From: a virus
Reading direction: 5' to 3' (one strand)
Virus record (IMG/VR): IMGVR_UViG_2065487013_000003
Location: 3,047-67,046 of that record
DNA: 64,000 nt
Every line of letters begins with the position of its first letter. Position 1 is the stretch's first letter. The notes below the pieces were generated by a model that was not told where the DNA came from, did no database searches, and saw nothing but the letters and a program-made list of their open reading frames with translations. A program made the translations under genes and the position numbers. This document shows positions 63,756 through 64,000 of the stretch, piece after piece.

Positions 63756-64000
63756 TCATGCTGCTTGTTCTTGTCTGATTTTTGTTTTCTGTTTGAGCCA
63801 TGCGATGGATGGCTTCTCGATATTCTTATGAATGAAGATACCAACAATAACAGATATGGATATCAGAGCGAAGGACATAACAATGGCAACATCCTTATCA
63901 TTATGGTTCCTTTCTATGACATCATTCAGTAGGTGAGCAAAGTAGATGTGTGAGATATATATGCTATACGATGCGTCTCCAATAAGATGCATGAAGTTGC
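63756..64000 (-). CDS. Acyltransferase-3 (O-antigen acetylase-like), C-terminal end; 5' part beyond the window
   Basis: LIGDASYSIYISH...IHKNIEKP is the typical AT3 C-terminal signature. Confidence 0.8.
   Translation of the reverse strand, partial: NFMHLIGDASYSIYISHIYFAHLLNDVIERNHNDKDVAIVMSFALISISVIVGIFIHKNIEKPSIAWLKQKTKIRQEQAA

Larger units (their letters stand above)
21008..64000. mobile_element. Prophage B, near-complete lambdoid prophage (int to tailspike and conversion gene); right end beyond the window
   Basis: Canonical lambdoid order: int-xis-pL operon-cI/cro-replication-nin-Q-lysis-terminase-head-tail-tailspike. Confidence 0.95.

Overview
The window is entirely temperate-phage DNA of an Enterobacteriaceae host: two different lambdoid (siphovirus-type) prophages in tandem. 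Prophage A (1-~21,030) is the right-hand part only: portal C-terminus, head genes, a capsid with an Ig-domain -1 frameshift extension, a lambda-like tail (tube, chaperones, H, M, L, K, a frameshifted I, J, tail fibre), a LexA-boxed operon with a pre-cleaved UmuD'-like gene, and an AT-rich DUF2971-like gene. At 21,008-21,037 is the 3' end of the sdsR(ryeB)/ryeA sRNA locus, a known phage attachment core, here with phage-type arms on both sides (an attP-like junction). Prophage B (~21,008 to beyond 64,000) is nearly complete: int/xis, pL operon (Dam-type MTase, DGQHR protein, Red exo/bet, kil-like, ydfD-like), cI/cro/ydaT with 3+3 operators, O/P with iterons, nin region, Q, pinholin/SAR endolysin/spanins, rha, terminase, a DUF1073-portal head, a long non-contractile tail, an SGNH-esterase tailspike, and an O-acyltransferase cut by the window edge. 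No rRNA, tRNA, CRISPR, IS or reverse transcriptase was seen. All product calls come from motif recognition and gene order; no database search was run.
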